From Selaginella moellendorffii (lineage: Eukaryota; Plantae; Lycopodiophyta), in the NCBI RefSeq assembly GCF_000143415.4, contig NW_003314272.1, positions 2,815,728 through 2,879,727 of the forward strand: a DNA stretch of 64,000 nucleotides, written 5' to 3'. The notes beneath the pieces were generated by a model that did no database searches, was not told the DNA's origin, and saw only the letters and a list, made by a program, of their open reading frames with translations. The translations under genes and the position numbers were made by a program. Positions 62,671-64,000 of this stretch are shown here, piece by piece. The first letter of the stretch is position 1. Each line of letters begins with the position of its first letter.

Positions 62671-64000
62671 GTTTGTAGGGCCTTATGAGATTGAAGCTCG
62701 AATCAGTAAAGTGGCTTACCGTCTCTAACTTCCTCGAGAGATGGGGAAGATGCACCCCGTGTTCCATGTGAACTTACTCAATCCGTATTTTGAGGATCCG
62801 CCTCGCAAGGACCAAGTAAGACCTTTACCTGAGGTGATCCAAGGGGAAGAGGAATACGAAGTCGAGGCCATCCTCAATGTGCGCAAGAGCAAGCAACAAG
62901 GACGTGAGGTGAGAGAGTTCTATGTGAAGTGGAAAGGATTTCCACACTGCGAAGCAACATGGGAACCAGAGGAGAACCTAGCGAATGTGTGAGGTCTAGT
63001 GGAGGAATTTCTACAAGGCAGAACTCTATGTACTTATGCAAAGTTCAATTAAAGTATCAATTTGTGAAGTTGAGTAATGGTATATGTTGGGACCCGAAGG
63101 CGCGCCGAAGGTAAGCTAATTAGTATGGGTTAGCTAGGTTGACCAAGTGTAGGGAACTACGCCCAACTCCCTGCGGGGATGTCGAATTCGTAAATGTATT
63201 CTATAAAGGTTGGGTTTGAGTCCCAACCCCCTAGTAAAGCAAGGCTAGGTTCAAGTCCCGACCCCATACTAGGGCGTGGTGAGGTGGAGTATAGGGACAC
63301 CTATATTCTGTTGTCATGGGCTCTTGGCTGGGGAGGCTAACTTAGGCACACCGCTAAGTGGGGGGATGCCCCCGGAGACATGGTCAACAAGTCGTAGGAT
63401 AAAAAAATAGACGTTCGATGTGGGCATCAAACTTCTTCTATGGGTGGTGGAGTTGTAAGGAACCAACTCGCCAAGGTGTCGTAGGCTAAAGGATCCCCGA
63501 AAGCATGACCAAAATGATAAAGAGTTCATCGGATGGGACCGAGTTGAAGATCGAGTCCAAGACCGACTCTGAGACCGAGTTCGAGATAGAGTCCAGGATC
63601 GAGTCCGAGGCCGAGTTCGAGACCGAGTTCGAGACAGAGTCCGAGATCCAAATCGGGTCCGAGACTGAGTCCGAGGTCGAGTCCAAAGTCGAGTCCAAGA
63701 TTGGGTCCGAGATTGAGTCTGAGACCGAGTCCGAAGTCGGGTCCGAGATCGAGTCTGAGACCGAGTCCGAAGTCGGGTCCGAGATCGAGTTCGAGATCAA
63801 GTCCGAGACACTGAGTTCGAGTACTAATATGGGTCAAGGGGTGAAAGCCCAAAGCGTGCGTCTCCCGGGGGGGGGGGGGGGGGGGCTGCAGGGGGTTCCA
63901 AAAGTATAGTAGGGATAGTGAGGTTCAGGAATCAATCTTGAAGGAACTCTTTAGTGGTGCTTCCAAACTGAGTTGAGGTTGAGATTGGGGCCGAGGGGCC

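Larger units (their letters stand above)
58317..62992 (+). pseudogene. gag-pol of C1: Gag, zinc knuckle, protease, RT, RNase H, integrase, chromodomain; many stops
   Basis: LIDTGAS, YIDD, TDASDFALG, H..H/CPTC, GPY, and EYEVEAIL..FYVKWKGFPHCEATWEPEENL (chromodomain with aromatic residues). Confidence 0.93.
57128..64000 (+). mobile_element. Chromovirus (chromodomain Ty3/Gypsy), family C, copy C1; 3' LTR runs off the window
   Basis: 5' LTR 57128-58257, PBS TGGTATTGGAGC at 58261-58272, PPT ATGGGTGGTGGAGT at 63440-63453, 3' LTR from 63454. Confidence 0.95.

Overview
Eukaryotic land-plant nuclear DNA. It is most likely a lycophyte such as Selaginella; this is inferred from ~45-65 nt GT-AG introns, an intronless PLS-DYW PPR gene and the retroelement types. 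The first ~19 kb is genic and rearranged. A >=2.8 kb inverted duplication (C2H2-ZnF/PARP-fold pseudogene, GDSL lipase, PPR upstream region) flanks a 6.4 kb spacer of gene relics: NHL/LEA_2, a papain exon, a histidine phosphatase, a 6-exon orphan gene ending in an alpha-crystallin-like domain, a perfect 44-bp hairpin and a truncated PPR copy. Then come an intact PLS-E-DYW PPR gene tail-to-tail with an Hsp110-type gene, and two OPR pseudogenes. The remaining ~45 kb is a nest of Ty3/Gypsy elements inside one old minus-strand host: a non-coding LARD-like element, a Cassandra-like TRIM with 5S rRNA promoter sequence in its LTRs, three copies plus an LTR fragment of a non-autonomous family with satellite-bearing LTRs, an LTR-less non-chromovirus fragment with an extra ORF, a solo LTR and a chromovirus. 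The most unusual signal is in that chromovirus: its integrase is interrupted by two short GT-AG, AT-rich, host-sized intron-like inserts whose removal restores the frame and conserved motifs, and a third candidate sits at the gag-pol junction. All alignments and translations beyond the supplied ORF track were done by eye.
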